31,684 bases of DNA from Candidatus Caldarchaeales archaeon (GTDB lineage Archaea; Thermoproteota; Nitrososphaeria_A; Caldarchaeales; Calditenuaceae), in NCBI GenBank assembly GCA_032249095.1, contig JAVVGN010000015.1, positions 1 through 31,684 on the forward strand. Direction: 5' to 3'. Positions 16,374 through 24,841 of this stretch are shown here, in pieces. The position numbers and the translations under genes were made by a program. The notes beneath the pieces were generated by a model. It was not told where the DNA came from and did no database searches. It worked only from the letters and a program-made list of their open reading frames with translations. Each line of letters opens with the position of its first letter. Positions within the stretch are counted from its first letter, which is position 1.

Positions 16374-16964
16374 TCAAATACTAGATATTGCCAGAACGGA
16401 GAGAAGTTTCCCTACAACCGTTCCCAGCGTTCCCCTCACCGATGCCTCGCCCCTGTTTATCGTAATCTTAGCATTTTCCTCGTTTGCAATGACCATCTCT
16501 ACCTCCAAGCCAGTCTTTGTATCCCCCGAAAACATCAATTCTCGTTTTGCTCCGTCGCAGTCGTAGGTGCGGAAGAAATGTACCATAGAGTAAACATCCA
16601 CCAAATGGGTTGCGAGGGCGCAAAGGGCGAGCAGGGTCTGGGGAGATATTGGCAGTAGTCCGCCGGTTCTTACGCACGAGCAGACCTTACCGAATGGACG
16701 GAATTCAATAAATTCGCCCCAATAGGCACGGATTTTGTAGGGTTTATAGACGGCGATTTCATCGCTGGAGAACACGAAAACTTTCTCTGGCTTATCCCAG
16801 CTTCCGTAACCCCAAAAATGGGAGCGGATATGGGGCAATGCCTCGGCACGGGAGGCAACGATGATGGGCTTACTAATGCCCCACCGGTTCAATATCGCTG
16901 TCGCCTGTTCGGCGATACCGATTAGGCGTCGCCCGATGGTTTTGTCGTTAAGCCTGCGTGCCAA
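16374..16964 (-). CDS. array paralog, subfamily A (divergent)
   Basis: TTG at 16964 lies 6 nt after GAGGTGA. Contains ATAILNRWGISK. C-terminus is TVVGKLLSVLAISSI. Confidence 0.65.
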   Translation of the reverse strand: MARRLNDKTIGRRLIGIAEQATAILNRWGISKPIIVASRAEALPHIRSHFWGYGSWDKPEKVFVFSSDEIAVYKPYKIRAYWGEFIEFRPFGKVCSCVRTGGLLPISPQTLLALCALATHLVDVYSMVHFFRTYDCDGAKRELMFSGDTKTGLEVEMVIANEENAKITINRGEASVRGTLGTVVGKLLSVLAISSI

Positions 16965-16991
16965 TTTATATCACCTCGCTTCGTGCAAGCT

Positions 16992-17003
16992 ATTATTCGG
17001 CAG
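16992..17003 (-). promoter_or_regulatory. conserved 12-mer CTGCCGAATAAT
   Basis: Exact copy, 27 nt upstream of the TTG at 16964. Confidence 0.6.
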
Positions 17004-17018
17004 GGCAGGGGAAAGACT

Positions 17019-17477
17019 TCATACTCCGCTGAGAGCATCAATCTGACGGGATAGCCGAAGCAACTCCCTCGGTGTGACTTTGTTCGTGGTCGTGCTGGCA
17101 ACCAGCCGCTCAAACTTCGGGTCGTAAACCTCTATTTGAATTTCCGTCGGAGATACAACTCGGAGATGGAGTCCGACATTGCGCCCCCGAAGGGCTACAC
17201 CGCTTGCGACCGACAACGGCAGGCTTTGCTTCCAACCGAGCCGAGACGAGAGGTAGGCAGCGATAACCCTTTCCACCGTCCTTGCGACCTTCCTTGCCGT
17301 GTCGGTTAAGAGCCAATCGGGCGGGTGAAACTCCATCCACCCTTCGGCGGGCGTGTAAACCTTAAAGTAAAATTCACCGCCACGCTTGTAAATGCGGAAT
17401 TTAATCCTCCACGCACCGAGCATTTCTCTGAATTCCTCAATTGTTTGTCTGACCGCTTTAACCTGTGTGACGGTCAA
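17019..17477 (-). CDS. short array-related protein (152 aa)
   Basis: TTG at 17477 lies 6 nt after AAGGAGGTGA. EFREMLGAWRIKFRIY resembles the family N-terminus. Lacks the ENP tail. Confidence 0.6.
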   Translation of the reverse strand: MTVTQVKAVRQTIEEFREMLGAWRIKFRIYKRGGEFYFKVYTPAEGWMEFHPPDWLLTDTARKVARTVERVIAAYLSSRLGWKQSLPLSVASGVALRGRNVGLHLRVVSPTEIQIEVYDPKFERLVASTTTNKVTPRELLRLSRQIDALSGV

Positions 17478-17491
17478 GGTTTATCACCTCC

Positions 17492-18082
17492 TTAGATTAG
17501 GGCAATGGCTAATGCCCGTGCCACTTGCCGAAAGTATTTCATTGGGGGTCTGCTCACTTTCCTTTCAAATTTCCATAAAGCTCTACCTGAATTGTCTTCT
17601 AAGATAAAAGCCCAAGTTGAAAGGTCGTTGTTCACTTTAAAGGAAAGAAAAAGGGGCAATTCTCCAACCTGCATTGTGCTACCCGTCTCGTCAAGCCATA
17701 AGCAGTTAAACCCCCGATGGTCAAGGTAGTCGTAAAGTAGATGAGTAACGAAGACGGAGACGCACCCTGCCAAGGCGGCGGATACAGCCTCCGCTTCATC
17801 CCACGAGTACCGCTGCTTGGCAGGAAAGGCGGCGTCTCCATACATAAGGTGATTACCAATAAGCACATCCTTGCCCCATCGCTCTATAACGAAAATACCC
17901 CGCCTAACCAGCTCCTCAAGCGTTGACGGCGGCCAAGCCCCCCAGTCGCAGAAGGAAAAATCATTCCGTACAAGGTAGTAAGTACACATCTTATCGGCGC
18001 TTCGTTTTACCTCTACCACCAGCCCCCACTTTTCAAGTATGGGGATAAACCGTTGCTCAATGATTTGGCGGATGGCTTTCAT
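17492..18082 (-). CDS. array paralog, subfamily A (close to 18257-18883)
   Basis: ATG at 18082 after GGAGGTGATAGAG. Contains FIPILEKWGLVVEV and LSTWAFIL...RPPMKYFRQVARALAIALI. The ORF-track N-terminal extension reads through both regulatory elements. Confidence 0.75.
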   Translation of the reverse strand: MKAIRQIIEQRFIPILEKWGLVVEVKRSADKMCTYYLVRNDFSFCDWGAWPPSTLEELVRRGIFVIERWGKDVLIGNHLMYGDAAFPAKQRYSWDEAEAVSAALAGCVSVFVTHLLYDYLDHRGFNCLWLDETGSTMQVGELPLFLSFKVNNDLSTWAFILEDNSGRALWKFERKVSRPPMKYFRQVARALAIALI

Positions 18083-18103
18083 CTCTATCACCTCCAAAGG
18101 CGC

Positions 18104-18115
18104 ATTATTCGGCAG
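18104..18115 (-). promoter_or_regulatory. conserved 12-mer CTGCCGAATAAT
   Basis: Exact copy, 21 nt upstream of the ATG at 18082 and 30 nt downstream of a palindrome copy. Confidence 0.6.
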
Positions 18116-18145
18116 GTTGGGATAGGGGGTGGGGGTGCCCCTCGC

Positions 18146-18175
18146 AGAGTTAATTTCGGCGCCGAAATTAACTCT
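18146..18175. promoter_or_regulatory. perfect 30-bp palindrome AGAGTTAATTTCGGCGCCGAAATTAACTCT
   Basis: Perfect dyad. The only copy combined with a 12-mer. Confidence 0.65.
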
Positions 18176-18256
18176 AGCCTCTATAGAGCGAGGAGCCATA
18201 GCACTTTCTCAATTTTCGGAAAGGCAGTTGCGGGCGAACGCGTTTGCCCTCTTAGG

Positions 18257-18883
18257 CTATAAAAGGGTGAGACTGAGCATTTTCTCTACCTGCCTGAAAT
18301 ACTTCATTGGCGGGCGCTCCTTCCTTTTTCTGAGCTGGCAGGTAGCCCCCGCTCGTGTGGCGATCTTGAATGCCCAGAAGGGTGAATCATCTTGCAGATT
18401 GAAGGCAATCGTTACTTCCTTAGGGTCTGGAAAGTCCAAAAATATTTCGTGCCCGTTCCAGCGATTGTGTCGGATGTCCTTCCAGCCACGACGGGTTAGG
18501 TAGCAATATAGCGATGCGACGATGAAGGCGGAGATGCATCGGGTAAATGCACGGCTCAATTCCTCAGCCAAGTCCCTATAGCGATGATACCATATCGGGG
18601 GGAAGGGGACGCCCTCTGCAAAGTAGGGGCTGCCGACTACAAAGCCCAAAGGCGTCTTTTCCACGATGATTATAGTCCTATCGAATGGCAGATGGGGGCA
18701 GTCGCAGTCGTCCTTGACGGCCCAAAGTTTCTCGCTGTCGGTGCTTCGGCGACTTTCTACGACTTTCAGCCCCCATAGTTTCAGCAGAGGAGCATATCCT
18801 ACTCGCACTACCCGCCGAAAGAAGTCAAAGCTCAGCGGCTCGTCCTGTTGGCGCTTCGCAATAAGGCGCTGAATAGCCTGCAT
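18257..18883 (-). CDS. array paralog, subfamily A
   Basis: ATG at 18883. Contains YAPLLKLWGLKVVE and SPFWAFKI...RPPMKYFRQVEKMLSLTLL. Confidence 0.75.
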   Translation of the reverse strand: MQAIQRLIAKRQQDEPLSFDFFRRVVRVGYAPLLKLWGLKVVESRRSTDSEKLWAVKDDCDCPHLPFDRTIIIVEKTPLGFVVGSPYFAEGVPFPPIWYHRYRDLAEELSRAFTRCISAFIVASLYCYLTRRGWKDIRHNRWNGHEIFLDFPDPKEVTIAFNLQDDSPFWAFKIATRAGATCQLRKRKERPPMKYFRQVEKMLSLTLL

Positions 18884-18904
18884 TCTATCATCACCCCTGC
18901 CTCC

Positions 18905-18916
18905 ATTATTCGGCAG
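18905..18916 (-). promoter_or_regulatory. conserved 12-mer CTGCCGAATAAT
   Basis: Exact copy, 21 nt upstream of the ATG at 18883. Confidence 0.6.
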
Positions 18917-18977
18917 ACGGTTAGATAAGCACCACCGATAGGATAGATAACATTTTTCGGAAGTGTTTTATTGGGCT

Positions 18978-19526
18978 TTAATTTTTATTTCTTTCGTATT
19001 TTGCTAAAATTTCGTAGCTATATGTATTGGTGTTAAGCTTTGCGAAGACGAACGCCCAAGTTGGCGCACGGATGCTGAAATCAAAGGTTACTGCGAGTTT
19101 TGCGCCTGGAATGGCGAGGTCAATCCAATCTTCATCCCCCTTTGCAAGGTCAGGAAGAGCCAGCCTATGCTTGTGGAGATACCAACGAAGTAGGAAAGTA
19201 ATGTAGGACGAGATAGATTTGTCACAAACAACATAATATTTATTAGTCTCCGCACTTCCGTATTTTCTCTTAACTGGAATAGTTTCTCTTATTAGCCAAC
19301 CATCGCTAATTGACCAATATCTGTCCGTCTTTGTAATTACTAAAATTATTCGGTTGTTATCAAAGATCGCGTCTGAATCAATACCTACATAAGTTTGCAT
19401 CCGTTTGTCGGTATCAACTAAGAATTTGGTAGTGCCCCGCGAAGGAGTGTGTCTTTCGCTGATGGACAACCCCCACTTGTTCAGCAATGGGAGGTATTCT
19501 TCCTTAAAGCGACGGATAAAGTTCAA
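18978..19526 (-). CDS. array paralog, subfamily A (AT-rich)
   Basis: Preferred start is TTG at 19526, 9 nt after GGAAAGGAGG. The alternative ATG at 19583 overlaps the upstream gene. Contains YLPLLNKWGLSISE and APTWAFVF. Confidence 0.65.
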   Translation of the reverse strand: MNFIRRFKEEYLPLLNKWGLSISERHTPSRGTTKFLVDTDKRMQTYVGIDSDAIFDNNRIILVITKTDRYWSISDGWLIRETIPVKRKYGSAETNKYYVVCDKSISSYITFLLRWYLHKHRLALPDLAKGDEDWIDLAIPGAKLAVTFDFSIRAPTWAFVFAKLNTNTYSYEILAKYERNKN

Positions 19527-19566
19527 CGAAGTGCGCCTCCTTTCCCTTTGCAGCGTAAGGTTCAGT

Positions 19567-20193
19567 CTAAACCCGTGCCACATATACTAATCGTAAGATA
19601 TTGTCAAAATGGTTTAGCGGATTTTCAGTAGCTTTCCTTTTGTATGACGGTAGCCTGTGGAAGTGATTATTAAGGGAATCGAAAACCGCAAGACAGAAAG
19701 CCCATTTTGGTTTGCTATGGCTGAATTCAAAACGGACGGAAAGATACCGTCTATCGTCAATTTTTACATCTACCCAATAATTCATCTCTTGGGGATAAGT
19801 GGTCTCCAGACAGCTCAAGCCCCTTTTTGTGCAGTAGCAATAAAACAGGAAAGTAATAAAGGACGAGACAGCGCAGTCGCAAAGGTGGCGCATCACCTCT
19901 TTCTCTTCTTCCGTATACTTTCTTTTTACGAAAAACACCTCGTCAAAAGTCCGACCGTAATCGCTAACCACCCAATATTTTTCCTTGCGCCCACTAACTT
20001 TTGTGATTATCAACAAGGTAAAATCTTCGTCAATAAGCGACTGCTTGGCTCTATCCACATACTGGGAAAGGTCAGAAGTGACAAGGAACAGGGCGCTGCC
20101 CCTCATGGTAATTGGTTTTTCCATAAGGAAGAGCCCCCATTCCGCCAAGACGGGCGCATATTCTGACCGCAGCATCTTCTTGAGCACTTGCAC
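19567..20193 (-). CDS. array paralog, subfamily A (AT-rich)
   Basis: Contains YAPVLAEWGLFLME and KPKWAFCL...TENPLNHFDNILRLVYVARV. Start is either GTG at 20193 or ATG at 20175, and neither has a strong SD. Confidence 0.65.
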   Translation of the reverse strand: MQVLKKMLRSEYAPVLAEWGLFLMEKPITMRGSALFLVTSDLSQYVDRAKQSLIDEDFTLLIITKVSGRKEKYWVVSDYGRTFDEVFFVKRKYTEEEKEVMRHLCDCAVSSFITFLFYCYCTKRGLSCLETTYPQEMNYWVDVKIDDRRYLSVRFEFSHSKPKWAFCLAVFDSLNNHFHRLPSYKRKATENPLNHFDNILRLVYVARV

Positions 20194-20239
20194 GCCGCTT
20201 CATCCCTATTTGGCGAGGTTGATTACCTAAAATCTAAGT

Positions 20240-20312
20240 GGGGGCAGGACTTTAGTGGCGGCATTGAGTCGTTCCGCCAACGGCTGGCGCCCGTTGCGCC
20301 TTCCCTGCCCCC
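20240..20312 (-). terminator. compound inverted repeat downstream of the Xis-like gene
   Basis: Outer 9-bp arms GGGGGCAGG / CCTGCCCCC enclose two smaller hairpins, GGCGC..GCGCC and GGCGG..CCGCC. Confidence 0.3.
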
Positions 20313-20319
20313 GCTACAT

Positions 20320-20583
20320 TTATCCGCTCCTGTATCGTCTTGGCGGGCGCCAACCTGACAGCAGTTTCCTCTTAAAGTATCGCCAGTCGTCCTCCTGCAC
20401 CATGACCTGACCGCCGACCTTTTGCCACGGACAGTGGAGGCGGATAAGCCTCCATGCCAACCAGTATGTTATCTGCACGCCGCTCCTTTGCAAGTCTTTC
20501 CAGCATTCTTTGATGTTCAGCCATCGACCTTGCACTCCGTTCCGCCCCCTTCGGAATGGAGGAAAAGTACGCCTTCGCCGCAT
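20320..20583 (-). CDS. small excisionase/AlpA-like (HTH_17-type) DNA-binding protein
   Basis: LNIKECWKDLQRSGVQITYWLAWRLIRLHCPWQKVGGQVMVQEDDWRYF resembles the Xis-family pattern (helix-turn-helix followed by KVGG..... wing). Start is uncertain, ATG at 20583 or GTG at 20535. Confidence 0.4.
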   Translation of the reverse strand: MRRRRTFPPFRRGRNGVQGRWLNIKECWKDLQRSGVQITYWLAWRLIRLHCPWQKVGGQVMVQEDDWRYFKRKLLSGWRPPRRYRSG

Positions 20584-21236
20584 ACATCACACTTATACCC
20601 GTTCGGGAAGTCGTGGCGGAAAGGGCGGGGATGCGGGCATTGTAGCCCGCAAAGGTTGTAAACGAGGAGGTAAAGAAACGCCGTATCCATGTCCTTTTTG
20701 GGCGGGTTGTTTAAAAGGTAGGTAATAAGGTCGTTTATCCATTGCCGAAACTCTGGGCTTAGGTCGTCTTCTTTTAGGGCGGGGTAGGGGACAGGGGGAT
20801 GTTGGCAAGCGCAGGGGATATTTATGAGCAATTTCCAGTCCGCATCGGTTTGCGGTGTTGGTGGCTCAGGGGCATCTACGGCGCCAAGACCGAAAGAAGA
20901 CCGCAGCCATAACCTCGCCCGCGCCCGATCTTTTTCTTGTTCTCGTCGTTTTGTGTGAAGTGGAAGATTAAAGGTGTCGAGTGCTTGCCCGTCTGGCAGG
21001 CTGTAGGCGACAAGGTAGTCATCGGAGTATTCCCTGATTATCTCGTTGGGGTTTTCCGAGCTAACCTCAACGATAGACCAGTCCCAGATGCCGTCCTTTA
21101 CATACTCGTCCGCTGCCTCTATCGCCGCTTCTATCGTTTCATAAGTCTCCTCGGATAGCTCAAAATCCCCGCCGAAGCACCCGTAGGGGTCTTCGCCGTA
21201 ACAATCTGGACACCAGACTTTAAAGCGGTAGGGCAC
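20517..21236 (-). CDS. hypothetical acidic protein with terminal Cys pairs (239 aa)
   Basis: GTG at 21236 after GGGAGGCAATATCC. Has CPDC near the N-terminus and CDVC near the C-terminus. Confidence 0.65.
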   Translation of the reverse strand: MPYRFKVWCPDCYGEDPYGCFGGDFELSEETYETIEAAIEAADEYVKDGIWDWSIVEVSSENPNEIIREYSDDYLVAYSLPDGQALDTFNLPLHTKRREQEKDRARARLWLRSSFGLGAVDAPEPPTPQTDADWKLLINIPCACQHPPVPYPALKEDDLSPEFRQWINDLITYLLNNPPKKDMDTAFLYLLVYNLCGLQCPHPRPFRHDFPNGYKCDVCGEGVLFLHSEGGGTECKVDG

Positions 21237-21257
21237 GGATATTGCCTCCCTTCCTTC

Positions 21258-21899
21258 TTATACTTGGTGGATTGCGCTCAGTCTTTCCACCATTGCCTTC
21301 GCCTCTTCTGGTTCGGACATGCTCCCTTCCTTCATCAAGTGAACGAGCATTTCGATAGCATCGCTCCAGGTATTATACATCAAGCGCACTGGCTTAACTA
21401 TATCCCGTCCAGCAAGCCCGCCATTGCCTTCCTCTTGGCTGCCGATTTCCAGCATATAGCCATCATCGACTTTTGTCAAGAAAAGGTAAATGTAGTTGTC
21501 CAACCGGTCGGGGAAAATTTTGACCCTCAAAGAAAGCTTGTGCCCGTCTACTTCTACCCACAGGGCTCTTGTCTTTAGCAGAAACCTAAAGGACATGTCT
21601 AAATATTCCCGCCAGAGGAGGAAGCGGAGCGACAGTGCCGCCACCGTAAGGATGGAGGGGTAGTCTTTGACGAGAATTCTCTGCCGATAACCGCGCAGAA
21701 ACCCAAGGACGGAAATACCTATTTCGGTACCCCCAGTGCCGCCGTCTATCAGGTTAACCTTGTTAATCTCGAACTTTGGTAGTCCAAACTTCCTTCCTAT
21801 GAGGTTGATTTCTCGTTCAATTCTAGCTGCTAAGGGGAAACGGTAAATCCATTGGGGCGTGAAAAAGCTGGCGACGGTAGCCATCAGGTGTCGCAACAT
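21258..21899 (-). CDS. hypothetical protein (213 aa), possibly a remote array relative
   Basis: ATG at 21899. INLIGRKFGLPKFEI loosely resembles the ..WGL.V. N-terminal motif. Confidence 0.6.
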   Translation of the reverse strand: MLRHLMATVASFFTPQWIYRFPLAARIEREINLIGRKFGLPKFEINKVNLIDGGTGGTEIGISVLGFLRGYRQRILVKDYPSILTVAALSLRFLLWREYLDMSFRFLLKTRALWVEVDGHKLSLRVKIFPDRLDNYIYLFLTKVDDGYMLEIGSQEEGNGGLAGRDIVKPVRLMYNTWSDAIEMLVHLMKEGSMSEPEEAKAMVERLSAIHQV

Positions 21900-21905
21900 C
21901 GTCGT

Positions 21906-22649
21906 TCACTTCCGTCCTTGTCGGAGATTTTGGCGGAGCAGCTTTAGGAGGGGCGTCTGGATTTTCCGCGTAGGTTCTATCAGGGTATGGTCTGGCTCTG
22001 TTATTCCCACAACAACCCCGATAACTTTTCCGTCCAATAGGGCAGGGCTGCCACTTGTCCCACTCCACGCCTTCGGATGCCCGTAGATGAGCCTCTCTCG
22101 GACGGGTTTGATGACGCCCCAAGTCCGCTCAAAGTCGGGGTCGTCCACTGTCAATTTCCAAATAACAGGCGTTATGGTCGGCATTCTATTTTTCTGCAAG
22201 GGGCGCCAAGAAATAATCGTTAAGTCTGCCCCCGCTGGCGGCACCTCAAAGGAGACAGGCAGGTAATCTTTTGCCTGAATGCCGCTAACCCGCAAGACAG
22301 CAATATCGGCGTCCGACGGAAAAATAACGACTTTTGCCTGATGGAATCGTTCGTTAAATTTGATTAGTATGTGGATTTTGCTTCGCTTGATAGCTTTCTG
22401 CATATATTCGTCGTCTTCCCAATTTTCGTGTGGGAGGGTGTGGGCAGCAGTCAGCACAAGGTCGGGTCCGATAAATGCTCCCGTCCCGTAAAACCTTATG
22501 CCCGTCGGGAGAAGTTCTATATCCGCAGACTTAAGGACCCGCCAATAAATCGCCGTCAGGTAGGGTACTTTGAATGGGCGGAAAGCGGAGGCGACGAGGG
22601 GAAGGAGAAGGACAATGGTGAAAGGAAAGATTAACATCCTTTGGCGCAT
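21906..22649 (-). CDS. trypsin-like (S1) serine protease with an N-terminal signal or anchor
   Basis: His motif VLTAAHT, Asp motif DADIAVLRV, Ser motif GTSGSPAL. Hydrophobic N-terminus LIFPFTIVLLLPLVASA. ATG at 22649 lies 8 nt after GGAGG. Confidence 0.8.
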   Translation of the reverse strand: MRQRMLIFPFTIVLLLPLVASAFRPFKVPYLTAIYWRVLKSADIELLPTGIRFYGTGAFIGPDLVLTAAHTLPHENWEDDEYMQKAIKRSKIHILIKFNERFHQAKVVIFPSDADIAVLRVSGIQAKDYLPVSFEVPPAGADLTIISWRPLQKNRMPTITPVIWKLTVDDPDFERTWGVIKPVRERLIYGHPKAWSGTSGSPALLDGKVIGVVVGITEPDHTLIEPTRKIQTPLLKLLRQNLRQGRK

Positions 22650-22915
22650 CTCCGCCACCTCCTTTCCGCTCTCCTCCGAAGGGCGAACTGCTCCGAGCGT
22701 GGGTTATAAACCGCTATGGTTTTCTTATCTTCATCAAGGAAATACACTAAGAAAGGAACGGGCAGTGTTTTGGCGAAACCTATGGCGGCGCTAATTATCT
22801 TATCTTTGTCCGCTTCCTGCCCGATGGGAATGTAAACAGGTGGCGACCCGATGACGGGGGATGCTATCCCAATAGATGCCGTCTTGTCCTTAATCCGAGC
22901 CCATATCTTTTTCAT
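22631..22915 (-). CDS. small hypothetical protein (94 aa)
   Basis: ATG at 22915 after GGGGGAGGATTGCCA. Confidence 0.55.
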   Translation of the reverse strand: MKKIWARIKDKTASIGIASPVIGSPPVYIPIGQEADKDKIISAAIGFAKTLPVPFLVYFLDEDKKTIAVYNPRSEQFALRRRAERRWRRCAKGC

Positions 22916-22934
22916 TGGCAATCCTCCCCCATGC

Positions 22935-23255
22935 TCAGAGAAACAAAATACCAAGTTTTGCTTTCCGAAAGAATTTTACCCAATTTTTTTGGGCTTTTCG
23001 CAACGAACTGACAAGACACAAGATAGAGGCGACGGTAGGGTCGCCCAACTTGCCCCCCTCTAAGTCCCTTTGGAGCTGCCGCAGGTCGTGAAGGATGAGC
23101 CCGACGGTCATCAGATGCTTAAGGATACCCCAAATGAGTTGAGAGTGACGGGGGCAATTGTCATAGGCGTAGGAAATCTCCGCTATAAGTTTTTCTCCTT
23201 GTTTTAGAGACTGCTCCACGAGACGGCTGTAATATTCCTTTTTTTCTTTCCACAT
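22935..23255 (-). CDS. small hypothetical protein (106 aa)
   Basis: ATG at 23255 after GAGGAGGAACGACA. The longer ORF-track start overlaps the upstream gene. Confidence 0.55.
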   Translation of the reverse strand: MWKEKKEYYSRLVEQSLKQGEKLIAEISYAYDNCPRHSQLIWGILKHLMTVGLILHDLRQLQRDLEGGKLGDPTVASILCLVSSLRKAQKNWVKFFRKAKLGILFL

Positions 23256-23269
23256 TGTCGTTCCTCCTC

Positions 23270-23731
23270 TCAAAGGGTGGCAAGTGTTATTAGGCGGGCG
23301 ATGCCTTCGTAACCTAGCGAAACGAGGTTTCTCGGTCGGAATTTCAGCCGATAATCCCACCGATAGTGGCGGTCTTTACTGAAGAACGAAATGACCAGGC
23401 TAACATTGTAACTAGCTGGGTCAGTATTCATAGAGAAAAGGCGAATTGCTTCATAGTCTGCCTCCAACTCAGCAATATGCCCCTCATCAATTTTGTATCC
23501 TTCTAACAAGGAAAAGTGGCAGGCGGTGCAATGTAGGTCAAGACGCCACACCCGCAAGCAAAACTGCTTGGCATCTTCAAAGAGGTGTGTATCTCTTAAG
23601 TGCGGCACCAATCTGTCTATTTCCTCTCTTAGCGCTTTTACTTTTTTCTCGAGCTTCTGAATTCGCACTTCCACTTCCAACCTTTGTCGTGTTTGCGCTA
23701 CTAACGGGTGTACGGAAGTTGGCGATGACAT
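23270..23731 (-). CDS. hypothetical coiled-coil protein with an array-like C-terminal segment (153 aa)
   Basis: ATG at 23731 after GGAGGTGAGGTCGGC. The C-terminal part HYRWDYRLKF...GYEGIARLITLATL resembles the family tail. Confidence 0.6.
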   Translation of the reverse strand: MSSPTSVHPLVAQTRQRLEVEVRIQKLEKKVKALREEIDRLVPHLRDTHLFEDAKQFCLRVWRLDLHCTACHFSLLEGYKIDEGHIAELEADYEAIRLFSMNTDPASYNVSLVISFFSKDRHYRWDYRLKFRPRNLVSLGYEGIARLITLATL

Positions 23732-23745
23732 GCCGACCTCACCTC

Positions 23746-24384
23746 CTAAATTGTTGACGCCACGATTGTGTTGTGCAAGTCTTTAAGTGCTGTCTGCCGC
23801 AACTGCGGGTAGGGGATTTTTGCCTCCACGAACACTACTCCGTTATCTTCAACGATGAGACTAACCGTATATGCTTGCGGGTCGGTTTTCTCATCTATCA
23901 TCGGAAAGCGAAGGAAAGCGCTAAGGTCATTAATTCGTCCCCACTTTGGAAGTGGTAAATCTATATGCGAATCCAAATGAACTCGTAGGTCTTCGAAATC
24001 ATAAGTCGATAGCCCCCAAATATCCTTCAAAAGGTTATTGATCACCATTAATGTCAAGAAAGTCGTGCTTGACCGCTGCCTCTCCAATCGCCTGATGGTG
24101 GGGTTTGTGTTGACGCTGAGGTGGACATAGAGGTGAAGACGAAGATTAAAAAATATTCCTATGTAAGGAAGCGGCGGTTTGGAGTGGATGAGGGCGTCCC
24201 ACATCACATGGTCTTTCTCAATAAGACATAGGGCGAAAGGTTGTCCTCGCCATCTTATCGTCCCGTCCCTATCCACACGGTAGGTGCGAATCCCCCATTT
24301 CTCCCGCAAGGTATTTACCCATTGGGTCGCTGTTTCCTTGGCGAGTTGGCGGAGTGTCTCTTGCTTAGTAGATGAGCGGGGCAT
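23746..24384 (-). CDS. array paralog, subfamily A (divergent)
   Basis: ATG at 24384 after AAGGGAGGTTAATAAGG. Contains WVNTLREKWGIRTYRV. C-terminus is LKDLHNTIVASTI. Confidence 0.65.
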   Translation of the reverse strand: MPRSSTKQETLRQLAKETATQWVNTLREKWGIRTYRVDRDGTIRWRGQPFALCLIEKDHVMWDALIHSKPPLPYIGIFFNLRLHLYVHLSVNTNPTIRRLERQRSSTTFLTLMVINNLLKDIWGLSTYDFEDLRVHLDSHIDLPLPKWGRINDLSAFLRFPMIDEKTDPQAYTVSLIVEDNGVVFVEAKIPYPQLRQTALKDLHNTIVASTI

Positions 24385-24835
24385 CCTTATTAACCTCCCT
24401 TGTTTGTATTTGGTCGCATCGGGCAACACCGATACAAGTTACATACCAATGGTCTGGTCTCCAAAAGTCCAAGTTCCCTATTCGGCGTTCATATTCCTCC
24501 CAGCTGTTGAAAAGGCTAGGTAGCCAACTTTCGTCCGTCGCTGCGATGATAGGGATGTAATAGCCGTCTTTGTCTCTTACGGAGAGAACATAGACCTTCT
24601 CAGGCGCTGATGAAGTATCCACCTGTTTATCTTCCAAAGAGCCAAGTATAGATGCTGCCCACCAGTCAAATCGTTCCCTCGTGATGGACTCCCAGTCGGC
24701 GTTATCAACTTGGTCTCGGCTCTCAAAGAGTGGAACGACTTCCCAATCGGTATCCCCGCGTGGCTCAATAGAAGCGATAGTTGGGATGAGGTAGCCGTCG
24801 TCATCAAAGGTTGTATGGACCCACAAGAAGCGCAT
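24365..24835 (-). CDS. hypothetical acidic protein with an internal repeat (156 aa)
   Basis: ATG at 24835 lies 21 nt after the palindrome. Has two similar segments, DDDGYLIPTIASIE and DKDGYYIPIIAATDE. Confidence 0.6.
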   Translation of the reverse strand: MRFLWVHTTFDDDGYLIPTIASIEPRGDTDWEVVPLFESRDQVDNADWESITRERFDWWAASILGSLEDKQVDTSSAPEKVYVLSVRDKDGYYIPIIAATDESWLPSLFNSWEEYERRIGNLDFWRPDHWYVTCIGVARCDQIQTREVNKDAPLIY

Positions 24836-24841
24836 CCCGTT

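Noticed and set aside
17492-18199. N-terminal extensions in the ORF track: 17492-18199, 7014-7670, 7651-8310, 3294-3932, 14460-15167 and 22935-23360.
   Set aside because: The extensions read straight through the 12-mer or the palindrome (giving the recurring artefact peptide NFGAEIN) or overlap upstream genes. Internal starts with good SD spacing reproduce the family N-termini.
24478-24490. CGCCGAATAGGG (minus strand), inside 24365-24835, as an additional 12-mer copy serving 23746-24384.
   Set aside because: Only the GCCGAATA core matches, since AATAAT is replaced by AATAGG. It lies within coding sequence about 95 nt from the start. It is too weak to call without a quantitative motif model.
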